DNA of 64,000 bases from Octopus sinensis (taxonomy: Eukaryota). A program made the translations under genes and the position numbers. Under the pieces are notes generated by a model, which had not been told where the DNA came from, searched no databases, and worked only from the letters and a program-made list of their open reading frames with translations. The stretch covers positions 42,036,001-42,100,000 of the forward strand of contig NC_043015.1 in the NCBI RefSeq assembly GCF_006345805.1, read 5' to 3'. Shown in pieces: positions 38,931 through 51,697 of the stretch. Positions within the stretch are counted from its first letter, which is position 1. Every line of letters begins with the position of its first letter.

Positions 38931-40260
38931 TATTTATTATTTTTTTCCGTCTCCCACTCTCCCATAAGAATGCATTGCTTGCATGAACGAGTTTTGTCGG
39001 ATGCCAACATTCTCAGTCGGCTGAACATTCTGATAACTGGTAGCAGAATGAAAGACTACACCAAATACAACAACAACAACAACTACACCAGCAACACCAG
39101 CAACAACAACAATGATAACGGCAGCCACAGTAGCAACAAGTGCAGCAATAGGGACAACAATAACAAATCCAACAACGAAACACACAATGCCATATAATAG
39201 CGTCAACAATTAAAATGAAAGAGCAAGAAAATGCAATGATAATTAATGAAGACGACAACGACGATGGTATTGATGATGATGATGATGGTGGAGGTGGTGG
39301 TGGTGGTGGTGGTAGTGGTGGTGGTGGTGGTGGTGGTGGTGGTGGTGTTGGTGGTGGTGATGTAAGGAGGATGATGATGTTGATGCTGATGAGGAAGAGA
39401 GTGGAAAGGATAGATGGTGGGACATTCGTGATGGTAGTGATGTTGGTGATGATGATGATGATGATGATGTTAATGATGTTGGCGGTGAGGAGGAGAACGA
39501 CGTGGACGTTGTTCGTGATGAGGAAGACGAATTTAATGGTGGTGGTGAGGTTGATGCTAATGAGAGCGTTATGAGTATGATAATGATGATGAGGAGGAGG
39601 ATTGTTGGAGGAGGGGGAGCTTTGGAGGTGGAGAATGAGGAAGAGAAGGAGTATGGGAGGAGGAGGGGTGTTGGGGGAGGAGGGGTGTTGGGGGAGGAGG
39701 GGAGGAGGGGAGGAGTTTTGAGGAGGAGGAGGAATGTTGAGGAGGAGGAGGAGGATTATTGGAGGAGGAGGAGGAGTGGGACGGAGAGGAGGAAGGAGAG
39801 GAGGAGGGCTGAGTTAGAGGATTGGGGGAGAGGGGAGGGGAGAGGGGAATAGGAGGAGGAGGAGGAGGAGGAGGGAGGAGAAAGTAACAATAACTTTGTG
39901 TAAACTGTTGATACTTTCCTCGACATTCACGATGATGATACAAATAGCCTTCATCGCAATGATGTTGACGATGAGGAGGAGAAGGAAGAGAAGGAGGAAG
40001 GCGAAGAATAGGATAAGAAGGATGGCGATATTGCTGTGACAGTGACAGTAACAACAGGATCGATAAGAACAACAACAATCAGATAAAATAATCAATAATC
40101 ACAAAAAATGATTTGCTTATTCATTCAATAAATTCTTTTAATTACTAATAAATACATCATTATTATCATCATCATCTTTATTATTATTATTATTAAAATT
40201 ATTATATTATTATTATTATATTGATTATTATTATTATTATTTTATTATTATTATTAATAT

Positions 40261-40292
<32 letters not shown>

Positions 40293-40425
40293 CTTATTAT
40301 TATTATTATTATTAATAATAATATTGTTATTTATTATTATTGCTACTACTACTAATATATTATTATTACTATTATTATTATTATTATTATTATTTTATTA
40401 TTATATTATTATATTATTATTATTA

Positions 40426-40460
<35 letters not shown>

Positions 40461-40613
40461 AATAATATATGCTATTTATTATTATTGCTACTACTACTAA
40501 TATTATTATTATATATTATTATTATTATTATTACTACTACTACTGCATATTATTATTATTACTATTATTATTATTGTTATTATTATTATTACTATTATTA
40601 TTATTACAATTAA

Positions 40614-40677
<64 letters not shown>

Positions 40678-41640
40678 GAGTGAGAGTATAGTGCATGCCA
40701 TCAAAGTCTTGAGTCAATAAAAGACCAGGATTGGGCGTCGGGCATCTGGAATGTAATCAACCACTCACTGCTTTCAACCAGTCAAACAAAAAGGTCGGTG
40801 GAAGTTCCACGGTAGCAATATATGGAAATCTGGTGGTTGGTAAGAACGATGACGTTTTCCGGGAAACTCCATGTGTCGATGAGAAAGAACTACAGGGTCT
40901 ATTTTCGGCTCGGTACTTCCCAGAAGTTCTTCGCCCGACAGTGTTCCGTATCACCGGCAGGCCAAGGATTTCGGGAGACAAACTTTAGAAGTACAGAAGG
41001 TGCTGTCAGGTAGGACTGTCCGAGATACTTGTTAAGCTGGTTATGGGTCTATAATTTTTTAGTTCATTTGTTCCTTCATCTTTTTGGAAGTAGGAATGTA
41101 ACACCATTAATTAGCCAAGAAGGAATCAATCATACTAGGTTGTTGCAAAGTTTTGTTAGAAGTTCATGATTCTCTGGGAAAGCATTCAACCAGAAGTTAG
41201 GAATTTTATCCTTTCTTGGAGACTTCCATATGCTTGACCTCCTGAGAGCAGATCTGACATCCTCTGCCTTCATACCCTCCCACTTTTGCTCTTCTAAGAA
41301 GTTAAAGTCTGTAGGTATTCTATCGATCAAAGGGGCCTCTTCATTGTGCTTTTTTTCTTCTGCCCAAATTGTATTCCAAAATTCGTGCACTTCTTTTGAT
41401 GAGACAGACTATATGATAAATAGTATTTTCCGTATCTTTCTGTAAAAATGTTTTGAGTTATTTTTTAATATGTTGTTGTTCTTGAAGAATCTAACGCGCT
41501 TTTCATACCTTGCTATGCGGGCAGCTTTAGAGCATACCTTTTGCTTCCTTTCATTATAACTTTATTTCTGCTACTTTTGTACCGGGCATCTTCCGGAGGC
41601 CAAGCTTAACAAGGCCACTTTTGTTTTGCTATGCATGCTA
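40678..41640 (-). mobile_element. R4/Dong-like non-LTR relic ending in (TAA)n
   Basis: EFWNTIWAEEKKHNEEAP...WKSPRKDKIPNFWLNAF...NGVTFLLPK...PKNYRPITSL, pre-RT motifs typical of R2-superfamily R4/Dong; 3' end abuts a long (TAA)n tract. Confidence 0.7.
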
Positions 41641-41976
41641 AAATTATCACCACATTTATTCTTATTCTCATTCTTATTATTACCATATCGTCGCCGTCAT
41701 CGTCATCATCATACTGAGAGGATGACTTATAAAAGTGGGAAGATTAGATTGAGAATAATATTAACGAAAATTATATTATAATAATGAATTGGACAAAGTA
41801 ACTTTCGAATGAGGTACCATCACCACTACCACCACCACGATGATGATAATGATGACGACGACGACGACGTCGATGACGATGATGATAGTGATGATGATGA
41901 TGGTAGGGGGTGACTTTATAATAGTGAACTGGACAAAGTAACTTTCGAATGAGGCACTAATTACCACGACGACGAC

Positions 41977-42007
<31 letters not shown>

Positions 42008-42899
42008 GTGTTGGTGATGATGGTGGTAGCGGTGATGGTGGTGGTGGTGGTGATGACTTTACAATTGATGAAATTATCGAAGAACAAAAGATTAGAGAAA
42101 CATTAAAAACAAAAATGAAAAAGAAAAAAATAAATTCTCCGCAACCGTTTTGGTAAGTGAACACAGATAATATGAGGGAGGGAGTGGTTGGAGGAGGAGA
42201 AGGCTGAGTAGCGGTATGTAAGAGAGGAAGTGAGAAATAAAGGAAGAAAGAGAAGAGGAGTGAATGAATGAATGAATGAATGAATGAATGAAATGAGCAA
42301 AGAAAGGAACGAACGAAGAAATATAAACAGAAAGAAAGAAACAGAGGGAGGGGAAGGAAGACAGAAAAGAAGGAAGTAAGAAAGAAAGGAAAGAGAAACA
42401 ACAGAAGAGAGAACGAAAACCGAAAGAGAGAAGGGAAGAAAGAAAGAAAGAAAGAGAGAGAGGGAGAGAGAGCGAGAGAGAAAGAAAGAAAGAAAAGTGA
42501 AAGTCATAAAGAAAGAAAGAAAAAAAAAGGAAGGAAGGAAGAAAGAAAGAATGAAATACATAAAGAGAGGAAGAAAGAAAGAAGGAAGGAGGATAGATAG
42601 ACAGACAGAACATACATACATTAATTGACTGAACGAAAGAAAGAAGAAATAACAAAAAAATGAATAAAATAAAGGAAAAGAAACGAAAAAATTAAACTAT
42701 CAATAAATGAAAGAAGCGAAAAGGGAAAACAAAAATGAAACAAATAAGGAAAGAAAGAAAGTAAATAGAAAAAAAGGAAAGAAGGAATGAGCTAGCAAAA
42801 GAATGAAATGAAATTAAAAGGGATTTATTCGTTTGATGAACGAATATGAACAACATGGATGTCTTCAAGGAAAAAGTAACAAACTCTTCTAGCATATTC

Positions 42900-43384
42900 T
42901 TTTATTCTTTTACTTGTTTCACTCATTTTCACTATGACGATGCTGGAGCACCGCCTTTTAGTCGAAGAAATCGACCCCTGGACTTACTCTTTGAAAGCCT
43001 GGTACTAATTCTATAGGTCTCTTTTGCCAAACTACTAAGTTACGGGGGACGTAAACACACCAACATCAACTGTCAAGCGATGGTGGAAGGACAAACACAG
43101 ACACAAATACACAATACATACATACATACATACATACATACATACATACATACATACATACGTACATACATACATACACATATACATACATGACCGAGGT
43201 TACCGTAGGCTTTTCTTTCCACGGATAAACCTTATCTGCTTCCCCTTTTACACTTTACTTCATGACATTTCTGTGATACACGATCCCTATTGATCGCGTT
43301 TTTCACCCTTTTATGATCCCTTTTGAAGCTCTACTTCGTAATCTGTCCCGTCTGTGTGCAGCCCTGTGTGGCTAATAACGAAAC

Positions 43385-43483
<99 letters not shown>

Positions 43484-43625
43484 TACGACTAGTTTCTTTC
43501 AGTTTCAGTCTACCAAATCCACTCACAAGGTTTAGTCGGCCCGAGGCTATAGTAGAAGAGACTTGCCCAAGGTACCATACAGTGGAACTGAACCCGAAAC
43601 CGTGTGATTGGGAAAGAAGCGTCTT
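42900..43625 (-). mobile_element. SINE family A expanded by microsatellites and a nested insertion
   Basis: 3' half at 42900-43110 and 5' half at 43485-43625. Confidence 0.8.
43192..43386 (+). mobile_element. Unclassified microsatellite-associated short element (family E)
   Basis: Homologous to 56167-56431 (minus), same 5' end GACCGAGGTTACCGT and 3' end GTGTGGCTAATAA.GAAACAT followed by a microsatellite. Confidence 0.7.
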
Positions 43626-43761
43626 TATTTCATTATATTGGCCATAAGGCTTTACACAAAGAAAGAAAGCTGCGGGTTGGACGTAGACATAATGTTATAT
43701 GAAATGAAAAATGAAAGGGATGATTAATGGGGATTCAGGCCTTGTGCCTATAGTAGAAAAG

Positions 43762-43826
<65 letters not shown>

Positions 43827-43846
43827 CATCATTATCATTATTATCA

Positions 43847-43916
<70 letters not shown>

Positions 43917-43917
<1 letters not shown>

Positions 43918-44130
43918 AGGCTACGAGCTGGCAGAATTATTAGCACGACGGACGAAATACTTAGAGTTATTTCCCTCCTCGCTACGTTCTGTGTTCAAAT
44001 TCCACCGAGGTTGACTTTGCCTTTCCGCCTTTCGGGGCCTATAAATTAAGTACCATCATGACACTGGGGTCGATGTAATCGACTCATCTCCTTCTGCCAA
44101 ATAGCTTCCCTTGTTGCAAAATTTGAAACT
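43917..44130 (+). mobile_element. SINE family B variant
   Basis: Head and Meta-like domain followed by (ATT)n. Confidence 0.75.
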
Positions 44131-44134
44131 ATTA

Positions 44135-44192
<58 letters not shown>

Positions 44193-44194
44193 TA

Positions 44195-44260
<66 letters not shown>

Positions 44261-44271
44261 TATTAATATTA

Positions 44272-44325
<54 letters not shown>

Positions 44326-45460
44326 ATATTATCATTATATTTTTATTATTATTATTATTATTATTAGTATAATATTATATTATATCATTATTATTATTAT
44401 TATTATTATTATTTATTATTATTATCATTATCATTATTATTATTATTATTCATTATCATTATCATATTATTATTATTATCATTATCAATATTATTATTAT
44501 TTTATTATAATATTATTATTATTATTATTATTTATTATTATTATTTGTCGTATTGTATTTTGTTGTTGTTGTTATTAACATTATCTTTATTATTATATAA
44601 ACAAATGTATACGTATACACCCGGTTTCTAACTCGCTCCAGCTTCACCTCCCATACAAAAGCACGGAATATAAAAACAAACGAAAACAAACGCTCACACA
44701 AACACACATAAAAACACGCACACATATCCCTCCTAATAGTCACCCCCCCCACACACACACACACCGAAATACACACACACAAACACACACAGATTAAAGA
44801 GCAATAAAATTACGAAATACAGATAATACAAAAAAAAAAAACAAATACACACACACATTACACACATACACACAAACACCCAACCACCAAGCACCAAACC
44901 TCCAACCACCAAACACCAAGCTCTCCTACAGCTATTACCCACCACCCACGACCACCACACCAAAAGCGGAGGAAGCAATAGACTACTAATATTCATTGGT
45001 AAACACAGAACCAAACATTTCTACACTGTTGACAAGGCAAGCAGAAAACTTGACTTTTTTCAAAGAATGCACAATTAGTGAATTTTGCCCATTCAGAAGA
45101 GTTTCTCAATAGATCATTAGACAGAAATTTCAAAAGTTATAAACGATAGAGTTGTATTTATTTCTATAGTTTTGTATTTGTAGTTATAATTTGTTTGTTT
45201 GGATGCTGTTTGTTGTTGTATTTATTTATATATTTTTTTTCTCTTTATTTATTATTATATTTTTTGTTTACTGACTTCTGTGTAGTTTTTTTATTTTGTT
45301 TTTTTCTTTTTTATTCGTGGGTTGTGGGCTGCAGTGGAGCGGGTGAGTTTATTTCTTTGCGTTTTAGCAAATCATTTTTTTTTTCTATATTTCGCGTTGG
45401 CAGACATTTTTCTTTTAACTTTGTATTTGGATATTTTAGATACCATTGCTGTTATTATTA

Positions 45461-45548
<88 letters not shown>

Positions 45549-45915
45549 CATCATCATCATCATCATCATCATCATTATTATTATTATTATCATTATTATT
45601 ATCATTATTATTATTATTATTATTATTATCATTATCATCATTATTATTACTATTATCATCATTATTATTATTATTACTATTATTATTATTATCGTTGTTG
45701 CTGTTGTTGTTGTTGATATTGATGTCGCTATTATTACTTTCATTGTTTTTCATGTGTGTTGTTATTGTTACTTTATTGTGGTGGTGATGGTGGTGGTGGT
45801 GATGGTGGTGGTGGTGCTGGTGGAGTTGCTGGGGAGAAGGATACGGCGGTGATTGTAGCGGCGACGGCGTGGTTTATATCGTTATTTTCGTAATCCATTT
45901 ATTTCTCTGCGCATG

Positions 45916-45987
<72 letters not shown>

Positions 45988-46007
45988 ATATATATACATA
46001 TATATTT

Positions 46008-46055
<48 letters not shown>

Positions 46056-46303
46056 TTGTTGTATGTATGTATATATGTATATAGGAGTTAGAGTTTTTGT
46101 TTGTATTTACTTTGCGAATATATGTGTGTGTGTGTGTGTGTGTGTGCTCATGTGAGGGCTGTGACATAATGCGCGTGAATGGTCGTGTACACTTATTTGT
46201 TTGCATGAATATCGAGTCCGTTTAAGAGGAGGCTAACAGTAAATGAAGGGTTATGAAGGGTAGATAGATAGATAGGTAAGTAGGTAGGTAGGTAGATAGA
46301 TGG

Positions 46304-46334
<31 letters not shown>

Positions 46335-46409
46335 GATAAATAGATACATACATACATACATACATACATACATAGACAGACAGACAGACGGATCGACAGA
46401 CAGACAGAC

Positions 46410-46441
<32 letters not shown>

Positions 46442-46476
46442 GAATAGTTAGCTAGCTAGATAGTTACTTAGTTAGT

Positions 46477-46548
<72 letters not shown>

Positions 46549-46889
46549 TGAATGGATTGATGGAGGGGTACATGCTTGCATATATTTTTGTATGTACGTC
46601 TGCATGCACGCTGTGTGTGAGTGTGCGCATGTGTCTGTGTTTGTGTTGACAATGATTCAATAATTATGAAATTCTGTTCCTTTGTGTTTCGTAACATAAC
46701 AGTTCGATCAGGAGAAAACAGTCGTATAATTACCCGAGTGAAATAATTGTCAGTGCCAATGTATATAATCGACTAAAACAGAATGACTGGATTGAGTATA
46801 TATGTGTAAGTGTTCGTGTGAGTGTGTGTGCACGTGTGTGTGCCCGTATATATATATATATATTATATATATATATATATATATCATCA

Positions 46890-47330
46890 TTATCATCATC
46901 ATCTTTTAACGTCCGCTTTCCATGCTAGCATGGGTTGGACGATTTTGACTGAGGGCTTGCGAACCAGATGGCTGCACCAGGCTCCAATCTTGATCTGGCA
47001 GACTTTCTACAGCTGGATGCCTTTCCTAACGCCAACCACTCCGAGAGTGTTGTGGGAGCTTTTTACGTGTCACCGGCACGGGGCCAGTCAGGCGGTACTG
47101 GAAACGACCTCACTCAAATCTTACACATGCCACCGGCACAGGTGCCAGTAAGGCGACGCTGGTAGCAATCACGCTCGAATGGTGCCTTTTACGTGCCACC
47201 GGCACGGAAGCCGGTTAGCCGCTCTGTCAACGACCACACTCGGATGGTGCTCTTTGCACCCCGCTAGCACAGATGCCAGTCATCGAATTTGATTCTGATT
47301 TTGATTTTGATTTTGATTTCACTTGCCTCA
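46890..47330 (-). mobile_element. SINE/LINE remnant with RTE-type 3' tail and (GAT)n end
   Basis: Plus strand (CAT)n-TTTAACGTCCGCTTTCCATGCT...GGATGCCTTTCCTAACGCCAACC; family assignment is from recall only. Confidence 0.55.
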
Positions 47331-47764
47331 ACAAGTCTTATAGATATAGTTACTCCAAACATGAACAAAAAGAAAACACAACAACGCGAGGACGTGGAAC
47401 AAGTATAGTGTTATTAGACGCTCAGGATATGAAAGAAAAGAAAGAGCTCTTCGTCAGAAACAGAAAAAGGAAAGGTCTAAGGAAGGGAAGACGGAAAAAG
47501 AAAATCGCCAACGATACACGCGTGGTCACATATTGAACTCACATATGTACACTATATGTGTGTGTGTTTGTGTGTATATCAGTTTAATATACAGCGGAAA
47601 GAGCTCCCAATAGCTTTATGCTTTTCTGATACTTGAACAAGCATATTTCTGAAATACGCAATGTATCTTTTCAAGGCATTCAGGCTCTGCTTATTTGTTA
47701 TATATATCTTTTAGAGACAAAGACGGTGGACAGTGTAAAAAAGAAAAGAAAAAGAAAACTTTAT

Positions 47765-48350
47765 GACTAACGTAGGCAAAAAAATTCTGTTTATCTTAAA
47801 TGAACATTTTTCAATAAATTATAAATGTAGGAAAAATCTTTATCTACGTCGAATTAAAATATCATATAGCCGTTGCCCCAATATGAACATTATATCTTGT
47901 AAAAATCACTAAGAAGCCATTCTCACTTGTAACTGTAGAGACCCTGAAACTTGTCCATTTGACCAGGTGTGTATGATAAACTCTTTCATATACAGGGCTG
48001 AAGTTACAGCTAAGCTTCACGATAAATCAATTCAAAAGAAGTTTATGGAGTTATGTGAGGGTGAATTCAAGAGACGTCATGCAAACCATCTATCGTTTTT
48101 CCGGCACATCGATAAAAGTAATGCAACTAAATCGGCTAGCCACGTATGGAATTTGAAGAACAGTTCCACGCCATATACAATTAAGTGGCGAATAGTGGAG
48201 AAATCCAAGCCATATGGTAATGGGTCTAAGAAATGTAACTTTTGCGTAGCAGAAAGATCACATATTCCCCTGAGATCCAGCAATTTCAACAAACTACTTA
48301 ATTCCAGATCTGAATTTTTTAGCAGGTGTAAACACATGGACAGGTTTCTT
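47765..48350 (+). mobile_element. Penelope-like element relic: Cys-rich linker + GIY-YIG endonuclease (Naiad/Neptune-type)
   Basis: TNVGKK...KISYSRCPNM...TCNCRDPETCPFDQVCMINSFIYRAEV...GEFKRRHANH...IKWRIVEKSKPYGNGSKKCNFC...LLNSRSEFFSRCKH. Confidence 0.85.
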
Positions 48351-48734
48351 TTATCGTATAAAATTATCGTAGAAATCAACACTGATTTCCTAAACGGTAA
48401 AAGTGAATATTATAAATAATAATATTCGCAATTTAACAACGTCCGAAAGGTGCAGCAACATTCAGCTAAACGATATAAAATGTTTACATGAGTAAAAACA
48501 AGACAAATAAAAACGCTTTCAGTAAATCCTTCTGATAAAAGAGCATACATTTTCTGACTAACTTCTGTTTTCTACGATAGCGCTTTACGCTACGACCAAC
48601 GCAATAGTCTTCCGAAAGACTATTTTGTGGAAGGAACCTGTGCTTGTTAAACCCATTAATGAATTTGCAAAATTTGAAGCAAGAAAAACACTTCTCGGAT
48701 GGAAGTCCAAGCTCTGGTCATTGTTGTTTATATA

Positions 48735-49230
48735 TGATCATTTACTTGTTTCAGACATTGGACTGCGGCCATGCTGGGGCACCGCCTCGAAGGATTTAGT
48801 CGATCGAATCGACTCCAGTACTTAGTTTGTTGTTTTTTATTTACCTCTGGTACTTTTTCTATCTTCCCTTTTGCCGAACCGCAAAATTTCGGGGCATATA
48901 CACATCAATACCTTTTGTCATACGGTTGCAGGGAATAAACAGATGCTCGAAGACATACACACAGATACACACATAGATACACACATAGATACACACATAG
49001 ATACACACATAGATGCACACATTGATGCACACACACACGCTTGCATACACACGCACGCACACATACAGACACGCACACACAACGAGCTTTCACAGTTTCT
49101 GTCTACCAAATTCACTCAGCATGTGGCAGTAGTTGATGACGCTTGCGCAAGGTGTTGGTTAGTGGAACTGAGCCCGCAACTAAGTGGTTGCAAAGCGATC
49201 TTCTCACCCACAGACCCATGCCTGCGCTTA
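48735..49230 (-). mobile_element. SINE family A with internal (ACACACATAG)n expansion
   Basis: 3' half at 48735-48920 and 5' half at 49085-49230. Confidence 0.75.
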
Positions 49231-49894
49231 TAAACATGGAACTATAATGGCCCGGATCACACAATAGCCAGATTTGAGCAGTTCTGGATAAGGATCTTTA
49301 TGGGATGTTACGGAAAAACTTAAACGCATTTAACTCTATTGTCAGCGTAATGCGTTAATCTGAACTGAAAAAAGGCTTTGGCGAACCCAAAGATGAAACG
49401 GAAAAACTGGTGCCAGATGATTAATGACGAATTCCTGGTATAAAAGATTCAAGGCAGCCGCAAGGAAATTACTCAGTCTTTCTTGGAGGAGGTAAAAATT
49501 GAGATTTTATGCATATGAGGAGGGAGAGAAAGCAGGCAAGAAAGGAACAGGAAAGCGAAAGTCGCTGGAATTCTTTATTCGCAGTTCCTTCATGTTCATG
49601 GAAAACTTGCTTGACTAGAACAGGTGGCTTGCGTTAAAAATTCTCTTAGAGAAAAGCTTGAGAAACTTTTATAGTTTCTCGTGACATCCTCGACACCAAA
49701 TTCCTGAGTTGCTACTTCCAGCTGAGCCGGAGATGCAATTCAACTTCCATTTGAGTCGGAGACGCAGGTCAACTTTTAAGTTGGGACAATAAAACAAATG
49801 TCGTAAAGTTTATGAAGAGTAGTCTATATGACCTTTGGTGGGTCATATAAGGATTTCGTTGTTAACATCTGTGACCATTAAACTCTACACTGCA

Positions 49895-50120
49895 CTAAAT
49901 GACACTTTATTTCACATTGCTACAGTCCACTCAGTTGTAGAAATGAGTTGTGATGTCACTGGTGCTAAACTGTATCGGCCTTTGCCATTCGGTGGCGTGA
50001 AGAGGGAAGGCTGGTTTGTATTGGCGACTGCTGGTCTTCCATAAACAACCTTGCCCGGATTTGTGCCTCGGAAGGTAACTTTCTAGGTGCAAACCCATGG
50101 TTATTCATGACCGAACGGAG
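49895..50120 (+). mobile_element. SINE sharing the central module of family C with a different 3' region
   Basis: ACACTTTATTTCACATTGCTACAGTCCACTCAG resembles 22545-22590 on the minus strand. Confidence 0.6.
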
Positions 50121-50296
50121 TTCTTTTTAATAATATCTAATTAGAAAACTATAATAGGTATTTTTAAACACCAATGTTGATAACTCAGCACCGTCCATTG
50201 ACGGGGGGCGTTTTCCTCGTATATATATATATAAAAATACATATATATATGATAATAATAAATAATATATATGTATATAATATATACATAGATATA

Positions 50297-50370
<74 letters not shown>

Positions 50371-50373
<3 letters not shown>

Positions 50374-50569
50374 GGTCCGGGTTGATTCGGGGTTAACCAC
50401 CGTAAATAAGGTACTCAATACATAGCAGAGTAAAATAATTTATTATATAGAAGGAGCTTCTACAGGACTAGAACTGTTTCATTCAAGAGAAATCATCAGG
50501 AAGCTTCCTGATGATTTCTCTTGAATGAAACAGTTCTAGTCCTGTAGAAGCTCCTTCTATATAATAAAT
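50371..50569. mobile_element. Head-to-head HHR element (PLE pLTR-like) in (AT)n; perfect 132-bp palindrome 50438-50569
   Basis: 66-bp arms with zero spacer, centred on AAGCTT; second family copy at 58658-58895. Confidence 0.9.
50502..50552 (+). ncRNA. Type I hammerhead ribozyme (mirror copy on the minus strand at 50455-50505)
   Basis: AGCTTC-CTGATGA-TTTCTCTTGAAT-GAAACAG-TTCTAGTC-CTGTA/GAAGCT. Confidence 0.75.
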
Positions 50570-51661
50570 ATATATATATATATATATTACATATATACTA
50601 TATGATAATAATAAATAATATATATACATAATATTATTTATTATTATCATATATTATATATGTATATTATATATGTATATATATATATGTATATATATAT
50701 TATATGTATATATATATATATATATATAATATACATATTATGTCCCAGATTTTTCGTGTAACTAGATCACTCGTAAGTGATTGGTCGACCCTGGACTATA
50801 GTAAAAGAGACTTGCTCAAGCTGCCCCGCAGTGGGACTGAACACATAACCACGTTGTTCCAAACCGTGCTTCTGAAGCATACAGCCATACTCGCACTTAG
50901 TGCGTATACGTTTAGTTCAAATCGTGTGAAATTATTCTAAGATTTTCAAAATTGAGTAAGTTTAATCTGTGACTATGGAAATAGAGAGAGAGAGCGAGAG
51001 TAACGGAGAATTATGCAAATGAGAATGCGCGCTTGCGTGTGTGTGCGTGAGTGTATGTGTGTCTGTGTGTGTGTTTGTGTGTGTGTTTGTGTGTGTGTGT
51101 ATGTGTCCTATAAAGAGCTGTAAAGACAGAGAGGATATCGTAAAAGAAAAGTTGGCAAAGGTAAACAGAAATATATAACATATGAGATTGTCTGTGTGTG
51201 TGTGTGTGTGTGTTTGTGCATGTTTATGTGTATGTGTGTGTGTGTTTGTGTCTGCTCGTATGTGTGTTTGTGTTTGTGCGCGTATGTGTGTATGTGTGTG
51301 CGCGTGTGATTTTATTCAAATGTACATGCTTAGCTTAATAGATCGAAAGGTGAATCTGACTACGAGAACGAGAGAAAGAAAGAGAGAGAGAGTGAGAGAG
51401 AGAAGGAGAGAGATAGAGAGAGTGAGAGAGAGAAGAGGGAGGCAGAAAAGAAAGAGAGATAAACAAAGAGAAAGAGAGAAAGAGAGAGAGAGGGGGAGAA
51501 AACGATGTTTATGTGGTGATGGAAATGTGTGCGTGTGTTATAATGTGGTATAGTGCGTGTGTGTATGTATGGTTGTGAGCGCATGCGATTGTGGTGTGTG
51601 GTTGGTGTGTGGTGGTTGTGTGGTGTGTGCGTACATGGTGTGTGTTATGCACGTGCATGGT

Positions 51662-51697
<36 letters not shown>

